From the human T2T-CHM13v2.0 reference genome, Homo sapiens: 64,000 nucleotides of DNA. The translations under genes and the position numbers were made by a program. The DNA lies in the NCBI RefSeq assembly GCF_009914755.1, contig NC_060940.1; one strand, 5' to 3'. The stretch's first letter is position 1; each line of letters opens with the position of its first letter. Of the stretch, positions 1-46,150 are shown in pieces. The notes under the pieces are model-generated. The model saw nothing but the letters and a program-made list of their open reading frames with translations. It did not search any database and was not told the DNA's origin.

Positions 1-1699
<1,699 letters not shown>

Positions 1700-3264
1700 T
1701 CAGTTCATTACTTCACTTGACACCGGAACAGTGTCTTTTCTCCAAAACTTCTACCTCCTTCCAGGTTGATTAATCTGGTTTCTTCCTTCCTGGGTAGGCC
1801 AGACACAGGGCTGAGCTGGGTGACTCTGCATAGGCCAGCAGAGGTCACAGGCCCTTGCTCTCCTCAGGGAGATGTTGTCCTAACCAGGAGCAGGGCAGGG
1901 GCTGCCCATGGCTAGACTCTGCCCACAAAGGAATTAGTGGTAGATGGATAATGGGGGTGGGGATTCTGTGCAGAGCTTGGGGATACAGATGGGTAGTCAC
2001 CCCTGGCTACAAATCTAATCTAACACCAGGTGTTCCTGGCCTACCCCGCTCTGCCCATGATGGTACAGAGGAAAAATGCAAGGTCTGTGCGCCTTGGGAC
2101 TCTCCTCGTTGCCTGGATTCTGAGTTGACCTGATCTGTCACATGGCCACTTTGTCAGAACTCATCTGGTACGTGGGCTTCACTGATGCTGGGCTAGTCTG
2201 ACCCCATCCAGGTCAGGGCTGGGTGTTATCACAGGGAGGGGCAGATGCCTGCAAAACCCTGGCTGAGACACCAGTGAAGGCCTCAGGAGTGATGGGTAAA
2301 GTCAGCAGTCAGCTAAGAACCCTGGGGTCTCTGTGTGACCCTGGACAGGCTGCTTAGCCCTCCTTGGTCTCAGTGTCTCCAACTGTAAAAGCCTAGGAAA
2401 GTGAAGATCTCTTCTAGTTCAAAACTGTGATAAGGCCCTCCTGGCAGGGTCTAGGAGGGCTAAGAAGTCCTGAGGCATGTGGCTATCTCAGGGAGGCCCA
2501 AAGAAGACTGGAGGGAGCTCTCAAAACCTTCCCATTCAAAAACAGGAACTGCCTGTTGGCTGATGGCGGACACACCCCTTGGTTTGGGATGAAAGGCAGT
2601 CCTGACTGCCTCTTCCTGACCAGGCTGTCCTCTTCAACCAAGGGGTTTCTCTCAGCACTTATGAAGGTGAAATGATTCAATGGAAGAGACAGTACTTTGT
2701 AAACCATAAAATGCAATACAAGCAAAGATCTAAAATAAAACCAACTTTTACTTCTCTCTTGCCACCCTTTCTCTCCAACTCCAGAAAACCTGAGTGCTAC
2801 AGACCACTGTTTGCAAACTCAAATGACCATAGGAACTCAGCAAGTCATATAAATGAGCGGGAAATGCCAGATGGAAAGGCCTATTTGGACAGAGACATGG
2901 GTCTAAGAAATACTTCCCTTTCTTCTTCGCTGTACTTTAAGATAAACACCAAAAACACTAAAAGCAAGCCATGATGAATGGCACGTGGTGCTTGGTCAGG
3001 AGCCCACGGGAGTGGTGGGGATGGGTGGCCGGGCCACGGTGAATTGTGAGTTCTGGCTCCGGCTCAGCTCCCAACAACTGTGGTTTTGTCGGAGCCTAGG
3101 TCGAGTTGCCAAATCTTTGGATTTTTCAAAAGACACCAGAAAACCTGTATTTGGTTGTAAAATATCCTTTTCAATTTTCACTACTAACTCATATCACTTA
3201 AAAACACTGCCTGGACTCAGATCAATAAATATGACAACCGCAGGCCAGATCCAGTACACAGTCA

Positions 3265-3531
<267 letters not shown>

Positions 3532-4160
3532 TCAGCCAAGGAGTTTGAGACCAGCCTGGACAACAGTGAGAACCTCATCTCTATGTAAAATTTAAAAATT
3601 AGCTGGCCGTAGTGTTGCCCGCCTGTAGTCTCAGATATTTGGAAGGCTGATGGGAGAGGATTCCTTGAGCACTGCAGGTTGAGGCTGCAGTTAGCCCTGT
3701 TCACACCACTGCACTCCAGCCTGGGTGACAGAGCAGGAAGCTGTCTCAGAAATAAATAAATAAATAAATAAAAAGACAATGAGTATTGTGTTCTGGGAGG
3801 GTCACAAGAATAAAAATAATGATAAAAAATTTAAAAAGACAATGGGTAAAACAAGGTTCTCCTCTACCTCAGTCCTCTTAGCACCTCTGGGCTGAGAAAC
3901 AGCTTTTGGTTCCCCTTATGTAGGTCTGGGGGTTCTCAACTCAGCCCTGCCTCAGTAGAGGGGGCCTTGGAGAGCCCTGGGCAGTGGGGAGCAAGGTGCT
4001 GGCAGAGGAGGCTGCTAAGGGCCCAAGATCAGACTGTCCGCACCCCAGGGCCAGCTCTTGCCCTAGATTCTGGGACCTCCCTGCAGGCCGCCGCAGAGGT
4101 TCGGGCCCCTGAGCCCATCTCGGGCCTCCCGTAATGTCTAGATAGTCACTTTTAAGGCCG

Positions 4161-5111
<951 letters not shown>

Positions 5112-5549
5112 TCATCCTGGTCCTTGAATCCCACAGCCCGCGTGGACAGGGACAGGCCTGCTGGATCCCCGGCTGCTCCTGGGAGATGGAGGAGTGACAC
5201 CTGTTCCTCGGCTGCAGAGCCAGACAGAGCCGGGAGGGAGAGAACAGCCCATTCCGCCTCGGGGCTGGGGAAATGTCACGGTGGGGGAAGGGCAGAGATG
5301 ACATGAACATCTGGGCCTGATCCAGAAGGAGGAACGGACACCTGAGGATGTTCCAGGCAGCAGGAACAGCACCAAGAAAGGCAGAACCAGGAGGGCATGG
5401 CCAAGTTCAGTGGGGCTGGATACTCTGCAAAGGCTGAGGGCAAGAAATGAAAGAAAAAAAGGGGGGCGGACGGGGAGAAAGGAACCAGCCTGCAGGTGAA
5501 CGGCAGGGGTGGGTCCTGAGGTGGAGGTAGAGTCAACAGAGTTTAAGAG

Positions 5550-6455
<906 letters not shown>

Positions 6456-6526
6456 CCCCCAGAGTGTAGTGACCACGCAGAGGTGAGGACTCAGAGGCGG
6501 GTATGGCAGGGCCAGAGCCCCCATCA

Positions 6527-7700
<1,174 letters not shown>

Positions 7701-8498
7701 CAGCTCATCACTCTCTCGTTTTGTCCTTGTTATCTCAGAAACAGGGCAACAGCAGTCTCTTCCCAATGTTGAGTGTAAAAAAACCAATGGAGTGGGCGTG
7801 GCGCAGTGGCTCACGCTTGTAATCAGCAGTTTGGGAGGCCGAGGCCAGCGGAACAACTGAGGTCAGAAGTTCGAGACCAGCCTCACCAACATGGTGAAAC
7901 CCCGTCTCCACTAAAAACACACAAAAAAACAGCCAGGTGTGGTGGCGTGCACCTGTAATCCCAGCTACTGGGGAGGCTGAGGCAGGAGTATCGCTTGAAC
8001 GCGCGAGGCGGAGTTTGCAGTGAGCCGAGATTGCCTCACCGCACTCCAGCCTGGGCGACAGAGCGAAACTCTGTCTCAAAAATAAAAAAGAAAGAAAGAA
8101 AGAAAAAGGAGTGGATACAGGAGAACCTCCTCCATCGTAGGCTTGTTGGGGCCTGAAATTCTGGAAGTTTCTAGATGGCGGAGGCAGTGGGGAGAGTAGG
8201 GTAAGGTTGAGAAAGTCAGAGGGTCCTCTCTTCTAGGAGCTTCTCCCATGTGCTGCTCAGGACGCCTCCCAATTGCCAGTCTCCCTGTAGCTGCAGCCGG
8301 GCTCTCACCTCCCCTCACATCCTGCCCCTGGACAGATGGCCCAAGGCTCCTCTACTCAAATCCAACTCATCCCTTTCTTGCCCCAATCTGCTTCCCCTAG
8401 GGTCTTTATCTAGTAAATGTCACCAACTCTCCCCCAGACCTCTCTCTCACTTTCTGATGGTCTATTCTGTGCTCCACGTGACTTCATACATGTCCTGT

Positions 8499-8952
8499 TG
8501 TAGCAGGACAAGCCACAGACAAAACCCCTCAGACACCGAGTTGAAGGAAGGGTTTTATTCGGCTGGGAGCATCGGCAAGACTCACATCTCAAAAACCGAC
8601 TCCCCGAGTGAGCAATCCCTGTCCCTTTTAAGGGCTCACAACTCTAAGGGGGTCCCCGTGAGAGGGTCGTGATCCATTGAACAAGCAGGGGATATGTGAC
8701 TGGGTGCTGCAGGCACTGGTAATTAGAACAGGACAGGACAGGACAGGGATTTTCACAGTGCTTTTCTATACAATGTCTGTAATCTATAAATAACAAAACT
8801 GATTAGGTCAGAGGTCGATCTTTACCAGGCCCAGGGTGTGGCGCCAGGCTGTCTGCCTGTGGATTCCATTTCTGCCTTTGAGTTTTTACTTCTTCTTTCT
8901 TTGGAGGCAGAAATTGGGCGTAAGACAATATGAGGGATGGTCTCCTCCCTTA
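8499..8952 (-). mobile_element. Solo LTR, LTR2 family (HERV-E/Harlequin, ERV1)
   Basis: Minus strand starts TAAGGGAGGAGACCA and ends GTCCTGCTACA as in the recalled LTR2 consensus; internal AATAAA; 4-bp target-site duplication CTGT at 8495-8498 and 8953-8956. Confidence 0.85.
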
Positions 8953-9029
8953 CTGTGTATGGGAGTCAGAGTTGCCTCCAACTGCCTTTTAGCTCTTGGT
9001 GGGCTCTTTAGTTGAATGTAGGCCCAGAT

Positions 9030-18410
<9,381 letters not shown>

Positions 18411-18894
18411 TGGATTTGTGCCACCTGCATCTATTCTACTCCCATCCACTCCAGTGTCTGGGTCCCCTGCTGATGACAATTAGCCAGGGTTTGACCACGC
18501 CCTCCATGTAGGTCCCCTCCCCAGGCCCTGGTCCCCCTCAGCATCTGCATCTGAAATAGATAAGGAGTGGCTAGTTCCTGAGATGATATAAAGGTCTCTG
18601 TTGCACCTGATCTTCAGATAACACTTTGAAATGAGTCCAGGGTCTCACTCTCTTCTTTTTTTTTTTTTTTTTTTTTTTTTTTGTTAAACAAAAGACTGGG
18701 GAGATGGGTGGCAAGTCTAATCTATTCGAATCTTTACAGGCACTTTTCTTTTTACAAGTTGGAAACTTGAGGGATCCTTGAGGAAAGCCCAGGGCATGAA
18801 TTTCAGTTCCGGAGTCCCCGACTCAGTGGCCCACCTCAGGGATCCGTCAGTCCTTCGTGCCAAGGTCAGGCTCAACTCCAGCCTGCGGTGCCGC

Positions 18895-19434
<540 letters not shown>

Positions 19435-19700
19435 TTACACTTACAAACACTTTTGCACAGACTGTCTCAGGTTATAGAATGCTTTTCACTTAAGGCAGTG
19501 AGGGAAGTTCTGTCCAGTGATTAACACACAGGCTTTAGAACAAGGTAAACAGGATTCAGATCTCCTAAAAGTGCCTTATCTGAGCCTTGGTTCCTTATGC
19601 ATCAAATGGGAATAATAATGGCTTTTGACTTCACAGCGTTACTGGTTTAGCTGAGTAGATGCATGTTAAGCACTTAGGAAGTGCTCAGGAAGCAGGGGCT

Positions 19701-19744
<44 letters not shown>

Positions 19745-19988
19745 TTTTTGAGACGGAGTCTCACTCTGTCACCCAGGCTGGAGTGCCTGGTTGGACTGGG
19801 CTCCCAGTCCTCACAGGACCGCTGTCCCATGTTCTGAAAACTTTGTACCAGGTCTGCCTTCTTTACTCCTCTAGTACCCAACACAGTTGAATTTCTTTAG
19901 GGATGCTGGAAGTGGGGGCCTGAAAAGAAACTCTGCTAGACAGGAAGCCCTGGAAAACCAAGTGGGGGGACCCGGGACTATCCCTCAC

Positions 19989-20102
19989 CTCTCCGAGCTC
20001 CTCCCAGTCTTTCCCCCTTCTCAGGATCCTGGGCGGCGGGGCTCCAAGCCTCACTCTCCTGTTCCATCCAAGAGATGAGGGCTGGTTTGGGGCCTGGGAA
20101 TC
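19989..20102 (-). CDS. ZNF688: ZNF688 coding exon 2 (KRAB-B-like)
   Basis: Acceptor ctcccag|G, donor AGAG|gtgagg; 114 nt; [38 protein letters not shown]. Confidence 0.93.
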
Positions 20103-20359
20103 CTGGGAGAGAACAGGGATCACAGCGCGGGCCTGAGAGGCCATCGTGGGAAGATGGCATTCCCCTCCAGGCTGAGGGCACCCCCTCGGAGCTTATACTC
20201 AACCTGGAAGGGGCTGCAGTGCTGCTGCCTGAATGAAATGGATGCGGGTGAAAACACTCCCGAGGGGGTACCTGAAGCCCTGGGAACGGGAGGTGGCTGC
20301 TGGTGTTGGTGCAAGAGTGCGGGATTAGGGCTCACAGTCCTCTCGGCCCTTCTACATCA

Positions 20360-21500
<1,141 letters not shown>

Positions 21501-21541
21501 AGGATGGAATCGGAATGGGGAAGTTTTAAATTAAATAGTAA

Positions 21542-31080
<9,539 letters not shown>

Positions 31081-31171
31081 TCCTGGGATGAGCTCCGCCC
31101 CCCCCACCAGCCGAGGGACAGGCCTGAGGTATCCCCTCTATTCTGGGGGGTCCAGAGTGGGTGCAGGCTCC

Positions 31172-31177
31172 TTTAAT
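31172..31177 (-). terminator. Candidate polyadenylation signal ATTAAA for ZNF785
   Basis: ATTAAA on the minus strand ~365 nt past the stop, before the first downstream Alu. Confidence 0.35.
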
Positions 31178-31539
31178 AGGCACTGGAATGTAGGGGACCC
31201 CATCTCAGAGGAGTAGGAGAGATACAGGCCAAAAAGCAGAGAGCTACAAGGGAGAGAACAATCATGAAGGAAAAGCCAGTTAGGTGAATGGTTTTCAGTG
31301 AAGGATGGGACGTGAACACGGGGCCCTGTGTGCTGGAGCTTCAGAAAATGGGGTCAACCCCCAGGCACCTTTTCAGATTCCTGCCTCCTCCCCACAGCCC
31401 TCTGTGCCCCTACCTCTGCTTTTTACCTAAGGCAGAACTTTGTTTTCCTCAAACGCCCACTTCCTTTCCTTATCCCCCAAATACACAAACCTTGCCTCTT
31501 CCTCTCCAGGGAAACGCTGACCAGTTTGTGTGAACGCCA

Positions 31540-32423
31540 TCACCCACACTCTTGAAATATATCTGGAAAGTGCCGGAAGTGAACTGGGGGATCCTTGCCT
31601 CCCAAAACAGGGATGGGCTCTGAACGCCCCACCACGGCCTGCTGCCACGCGCGCCTCTCGCTGCAGGAGCGGTGGATCCACCGATGGGCTTCCAGGGCGG
31701 TCTTGCGCTTGAAGCCTTTCCCACACTCCACGCAGGGGAAGGGCCGGCTGTCGGAGTGAATGCGCCGGTGACTGAGGAGGAGGGAAGAATAGGTGAAGCG
31801 GCGGCCGCAGTCAGGACAGGGGTAGGGCTTCTCGCCGGTGTGTATGCGCCTGTGGATGGCCAGCAGGGAGGTGTAGGCGAAACGGAGGCTGCAATCGGGG
31901 CAGCTGTAGGGCTTCTCGCCCGTGTGCTTGCGCTGGTGGATGGCCAGCAGGTAGGGGTAAGTGAAGCGACTCTTGCAGTCTGAGCACGCGTAAGGCTTCT
32001 CCCCGGTGTGAGCCCGCCTGTGGATAGCCAGGGAACCCCTCTGGCGGAAGCGGCGCCCGCAGTCGGGGCAGGGGTAGGGCTTCTCGCCGGTGTGGATGAA
32101 CTGATGCTGGAGCAGGTACCTGCGCTGGGAGAAACGCGCCTGACACTGGCCGCAGGAGAAGGGCCGCTCCCCGGAGTGGACCCGCTGGTGGCTGGCCAGG
32201 AGGGAAGGGTAGCTGAAGTTGCGGCCACAGTCTGGGCAAGAGTGGGGCAGTCTTCGGGTCAGAGTGTCCTTGAGCCAGGGATTCATGGGGCTCTGCCTAG
32301 GGTTGCAGAACTCTGGGCAGGCGACGCTGGGCCACCACTCCTTGACAGCCACTTCATGCGCCACCTCTTTTTGTTTTGGACACTTCTTCAGCCTTTCCTT
32401 CTCCTCATTCCCATCCCTGGATC
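31540..32423 (-). CDS. ZNF785: ZNF785 coding exon 3: linker, 7 C2H2 fingers, C-terminal tail
   Basis: Acceptor gtttcag|GATCC at 32424/32423; in frame with ORF 31540..32364; total 1218 nt = 405 aa. Confidence 0.95.
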
Positions 32424-32493
32424 CTGAAACAGGGAAGATGATAAAATCAGAAACTCATCCCTGGATCCTGAGACAGGAAAGATGATAAAGTCA
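32412..32493. repeat. 44-bp-period tandem duplication spanning the ZNF785 exon 3 acceptor
   Basis: catccctggatcctgaaacagggaagatgataaaatca (32412-32449) versus catccctggatcctgagacaggaaagatgataaagtca (32456-32493), 35/38 identical. Confidence 0.95.
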
Positions 32494-32770
32494 AAACCAG
32501 CATATTCCGGGACCATGTCCTGCCTTGGAAGGCAGCAGGAATGGTTCAGAATATGGCGCCCAGGGAGCACGGCTTAATGATAGGGGCCTCATGAAGCCCT
32601 GAAAGCCAGCCTGGAGTAAAAGCAAATGCCATGGTCTGCAGGTTAACACAAGAAGGCCCTGAGCACTGGAGATAATGAAAGAGGAGTCGGGCCGGGTGCC
32701 ATGGCTCACACCTGTTATCCAAGCACTTCAGGAGGCTGAGGTGGGAGGATCGCTTGAGGCCAGAAATTCA

Positions 32771-33177
<407 letters not shown>

Positions 33178-33428
33178 TCAGGCTTTGAGGACACAGTGAT
33201 GGTCCCAGTCCTCATGGCACTTACCATCCTGAACCTGTTTATGATCCCTTTACAAAACAGCCATTCAATGACCTTCTTTGGTACCAGCTCAAATTCTTTT
33301 GGCACCTTTCCTCTCTGCTCTTACCATCACCAAAAAGTCTACACTTGCTGGTGGGGCACAGTGACTTACGCCTGTAATCCCAGCACTTTGGGAGGCAGAG
33401 GCAGGTGGATCACGAGATCAGGAGTTCA

Positions 33429-33654
<226 letters not shown>

Positions 33655-34101
33655 TCACTAGGTTCCACGGGAAGACCTTCTGGGAACAAGCATTTATTCT
33701 GGTATCAGGGCTGCAGGAAAAACATTTCTCTTCATTTAAAAATCTAATTAATGGTGTTATTTACTACACGTGGTTCACATCATTAATATCCAAGAGGAAC
33801 ATCTGTCTTCATTTTATCCCACAACAAAAATCAAATTACAGGTTTCCCCTTTCCCTTGACCTCCTAGGAAGCTCAAGCTCTATTTTGCATTAAACTGAGG
33901 TTTTCCAGTATGGTTAATCGGTTCCATAGATCCCAATTTCGCTGTTCCATCGGGCCATTTTGCAGTGAGATGAGGACGTTTCTGGGGTAGGGTGCAGGGA
34001 GACAGGATGGGACTTTGGAGGGGGCAGCCTGCGCTGAGGATGTGAGTGAGTTGGGGGCGGGGGTTGGGGCTTCTCCACGGCTACTTATCCAAATGAAGTA
34101 C

Positions 34102-34230
34102 CTGCTTCCTGTCCTTGGCCCCTGCTGAAAGCTGCAGAGCTCTCACCGTCGGGATCCTGGGCCTCCGGGCTCCACGCCTCCACTTCTCCTTCCACCCACG
34201 AGATAAAAGCGGGTTTGGGAACTGAAAATC
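34102..34230 (-). CDS. ZNF785: ZNF785 coding exon 2 (KRAB-B-like)
   Basis: Acceptor ccttcgcag|G, donor GCAG|gtactt; 129 nt; GFSVPKPAFISWVEGEVEAWSPEAQDPDGESSAAFSRGQGQEA. Confidence 0.9.
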
Positions 34231-34336
34231 CTGCGAAGGAGAAACAATGGGCTCGGCTGAGCGCACGGGAGGGGAGAATGAGACTGCTCCCTCGGCGCCC
34301 CGCTTCCAGCCCACTAGCCTCTGGGGACACCGATCA

Positions 34337-35150
<814 letters not shown>

Positions 35151-35252
35151 TCTGAGTACTCCTGGCAGTGCCAGCCCGAGGGGCAGCGGGAACAGGATCC
35201 TACCCAGGATCTAATTTGACCTTTGCCCCGAGGTCACAGATGTCTTCCCTTA

Positions 35253-35463
<211 letters not shown>

Positions 35464-35539
35464 GTCATCTTCTCGCTTCCGGGTTCGGTTAAGGACTTAG
35501 GGTAGGGCCCTGCACAAAGTACTATTATAATAGATATGA

Positions 35540-35857
<318 letters not shown>

Positions 35858-36598
35858 ATGTGTTGTAGTAATGTTTAATACCATCTGAGTCTTGTCTCAA
35901 TCAGAAAACGTGCTCAAATTACAGCTGATATGTGAGTAATAAAACTGGGAAACGAATCAGATAATCTCTTAAGACCGTTTTTCAGCCCTTTCCAACCGAG
36001 TATTCATAGAAACAGAAGAGGAACGTTCTAGATGTATAACAAAAAGCTGCCCATCCCCACAGTGAAACCACTTTGAAGACATCACTTTAAAATTCATGTG
36101 AATTCGGCCGGGTGTGGAGGCTCACACCTGTAATCCCAGCACTTTGGGAGGCTGAGGTGTGTGGATCACTTAAAGTCAGGAGTTTGAGACCAGGCAACAT
36201 GGTGAAACCCCATCTCTACTAAAACAGAAAAATTAGCCAGGTGTGGTAGTGCACCCCTGTAATTCCAGCTACTTGGGGGGCTGAGGCATGAGAATCACTT
36301 GAACCCGAGAGACGGAGCTTGCAGTGAGCCGCAGTCGCGCCACTGCACTCCATACTGGGTGACAGAGTGAGACTCCGTCTCAGAAAAGAAAAAAAAAAAT
36401 GTGAATTCAGTTGGGTGTAGTGGCTCAGGCCTCAGGCCTGTAATCCCAGCACTTTGGGAGGTCAAGGTGGGAGGATCACGAGGCCAGGAGTTCGAGACCA
36501 GACTAAACAACATAGCAAGACCTCATCTCTAAAAAAATAAATAAATAAAAAACAAAAACTTGTGTGAATTTGCATTCTATTTTATAATATAACCAAAT

Positions 36599-37013
36599 GA
36601 TCTCGGCCTTCACACCATCTTCTTGGAAACCTCTGCACCATGAGAGCCTAGTGGAGGAAGCGAATGCGCAGGCTGAAGCGCAAAAGAAGAAAGATGAGGC
36701 AGAGGTCCAAGTAAACCACAAGCTTATGCACCCATGGAGGCTACAGGAGCAGAAACATGGAATCCAGAGGCTGGGGATGCTGGTACAGTTATTGGGCTGC
36801 ATGCTACTGTCTAGAGCTTGTTTCAGTGCATCTAGAACTTCATCTCCATCTGGTCGCCAAGACCACCTCTGAGACTCACCTTGCTCATAACCAAAACTGC
36901 ATGTTGGTCCTTTGCTCCGGACCTGTGATATTCTGGACTATTTCTGTGTTCACTGGTGGCCGAGTGTAACAACCATATAATAAATCACCTCTTCTGCTGT
37001 CTTAGCTGAATAT
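36599..37013 (+). pseudogene. Processed pseudogene of ribosomal protein RPL41 (eL41)
   Basis: 36640-36714 reads [23 protein letters not shown] versus RPL41 [25 protein letters not shown]; intronless, RPL41-like UTRs, AATAAA 36979-36984, TSD ATATAACCAAAT at 36587-36598 and 37014-37025. Confidence 0.92.
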
Positions 37014-37356
37014 ATATAACCAAATTCAAAAGAATATATAGTCAAAAGCAAGTTTATCAAGTGTTATCCTCTTTTACACTACTGGTGGAGTGTGAATTGG
37101 TGCAGCCGCTTTTGAAAACTGGCAGTACCTACTAAAGCTGAATAGATGTCATACCCTATGACCCAGTGATTCCACTTGTAGGTGTATACCCAACAGATAT
37201 GCATACATATGTTTACTCAAAGGCATTTACTCAAATGTTCTCCACACTTCTTATAATAGGTAAAAACTAGACCAGATGCGGTGGCTCATGCCTGTAATCC
37301 CGGCACTTCGGGAGGCCGAGGTCAGCGGATCACCTGAGGTCAGGAATTTGAAACTA

Positions 37357-37785
<429 letters not shown>

Positions 37786-38319
37786 CTACTCAGGAGGCTG
37801 AGATGGGAGAACTGCTTGAGCCCAGAGGTCAAGGGTGCAATAAGCCATTATCATCATGCCACTGCACTCCAGCCTGGGCAACAGAGCAAGACCCTATCTC
37901 TAAAATTAAAAAACATATGTATAAAAACAGACAAAATGTGGCCGGGCACGGTGGCTTATGCCTGTAATCCCAGAACTTTGGGAGGCCAAGGGGAGTGGAT
38001 CATGAGGTCAGGGATTCAGGACCAGCCTGGCCAAGATGGTGAAACCCCATCTCTAGTAAAAATACAAAAAATTAGCGGGGTATGATGGCGGGCGCCTGTA
38101 ATCCCAGCTACTCAGGCAGCTGAGGCAGAGAATTGCTTGAACCCAGGAGGTAGAGGTTGCAGTGAGCCAAGATCGCGCCACTGCACTCCAGCCTGAGCTA
38201 GACTCCATCTCAAAAACAAAACAAAACAAAACAACAACAACAAAAAAACAGCAAACTTAATCCATGCTATCAAAAATCAGAGCCAGGTACGATAATAGAT
38301 GCTTCTAGGATGCTGATAA

Positions 38320-38511
<192 letters not shown>

Positions 38512-38527
38512 TAGAGACGGGGTCTCA

Positions 38528-42972
<4,445 letters not shown>

Positions 42973-43277
42973 TGGAGGCCGGGTATGGTGGCTAATGCCT
43001 GTAATCCTAGCACTTTGGGAGGCCGAGGTGGATGGATCACCTGAGGTCAGGAGTTCGAGACCAGCCTGGCCGGTATGGTAAAACCCTGTCTCTACTAAAA
43101 ATACAAAAATTAGCCAGGCTTGGTGGCACATGCCTGTAATCCCAGCTACTCGGCAGGCTGAGGCACAGGAATTGCCTGAACGCAGGTGTAAGAGATTGCA
43201 GTCAGCCGAGATTGTGCCACTTCACTCCAGCCAGGGCCAAACAGCAAAACTCCATCTCAAAAAAAAAAAAAAAAAAA

Positions 43278-43610
43278 GGCAGAATAGATGTTACTAGAGG
43301 CTAGAAAGGGAAGGGTAGGGGCAAGGGTGGGATAGGGAAAAATTTGTTAATGGACATAAAATTATTAGCTATATTGGAGGAATAAGTTCTAGTGTTTTAT
43401 AGCACCGTAGGATGACTATAGTTAACAATAATATACTATATATTTTCAAATAGCTAGAAGAGAAGATATTGAATGTTCCTAACACAAAGAAATAATAAAT
43501 GTTTTAAATGATGGGTATGTTAATTGCCCCGATTTGATCACTACACATCATATGTATAGAAACATCACCACATACCCCATATTTATGTATAGTTATTATG
43601 TATGAATTAA
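43278..43610 (+). mobile_element. L1MA-type 3' end fragment
   Basis: aggaataagttctagtgttt...aaaatagctagaagagaagatattgaatgttcctaacacaaagaaat. Confidence 0.7.
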
Positions 43611-43611
43611 G

Positions 43612-44075
43612 AAGAATAATGGACCCCAAAGATTTCACATCCTAATCTGCAAAACCTTTGATTGTGTTACCTTATATTAGCAAATAGGACTTCGCAGATG
43701 TGATTAAACTAAGGATTTTGAGTTAGGAACACTAACCTGTTGAGTCTAATGTAATCACAATGGTCCTTATAAAAGGGAGGCAAGAGGGTAAAAGTCTGAG
43801 AAGGATATGTGACAACAAAAGCAGAGGTGGAGTGATGCAGTTGCTGGAGAGGGGCCACTAGCCAAGGAATGCAGGCAGCCTCTAGAAGCTGGAAAAGGCA
43901 AGAAACAGATTCTCCCTAGAGCCTCTAGAAAAGGAATGCAGCCCTGCCAACACCTTGATTGTCCCATAAGACCTATTTTCAGACTTTAGACCTGAAGAAC
44001 TATAAGACGATAAATTTGTGTTGTTTTCAGCCACCAGTTTCTAGTAATTTCTTACAGTAACAAATGAACACAGAT
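43612..44075 (+). mobile_element. MLT1-family (MaLR) LTR
   Basis: Typical MLT1 motifs: aaggaatgcaggcagcctctagaagctggaaaaggcaagaaacagattctccctagagcct, ataaatttgtgttgttt. Confidence 0.8.
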
Positions 44076-44149
44076 AACATTGTTGAGGAGCATTTCTGAG
44101 TTTGTCAACTACTCTATTGATGTGGGAGCACTCTCCCAGCTCTGAACTC

Positions 44150-46150
<2,001 letters not shown>

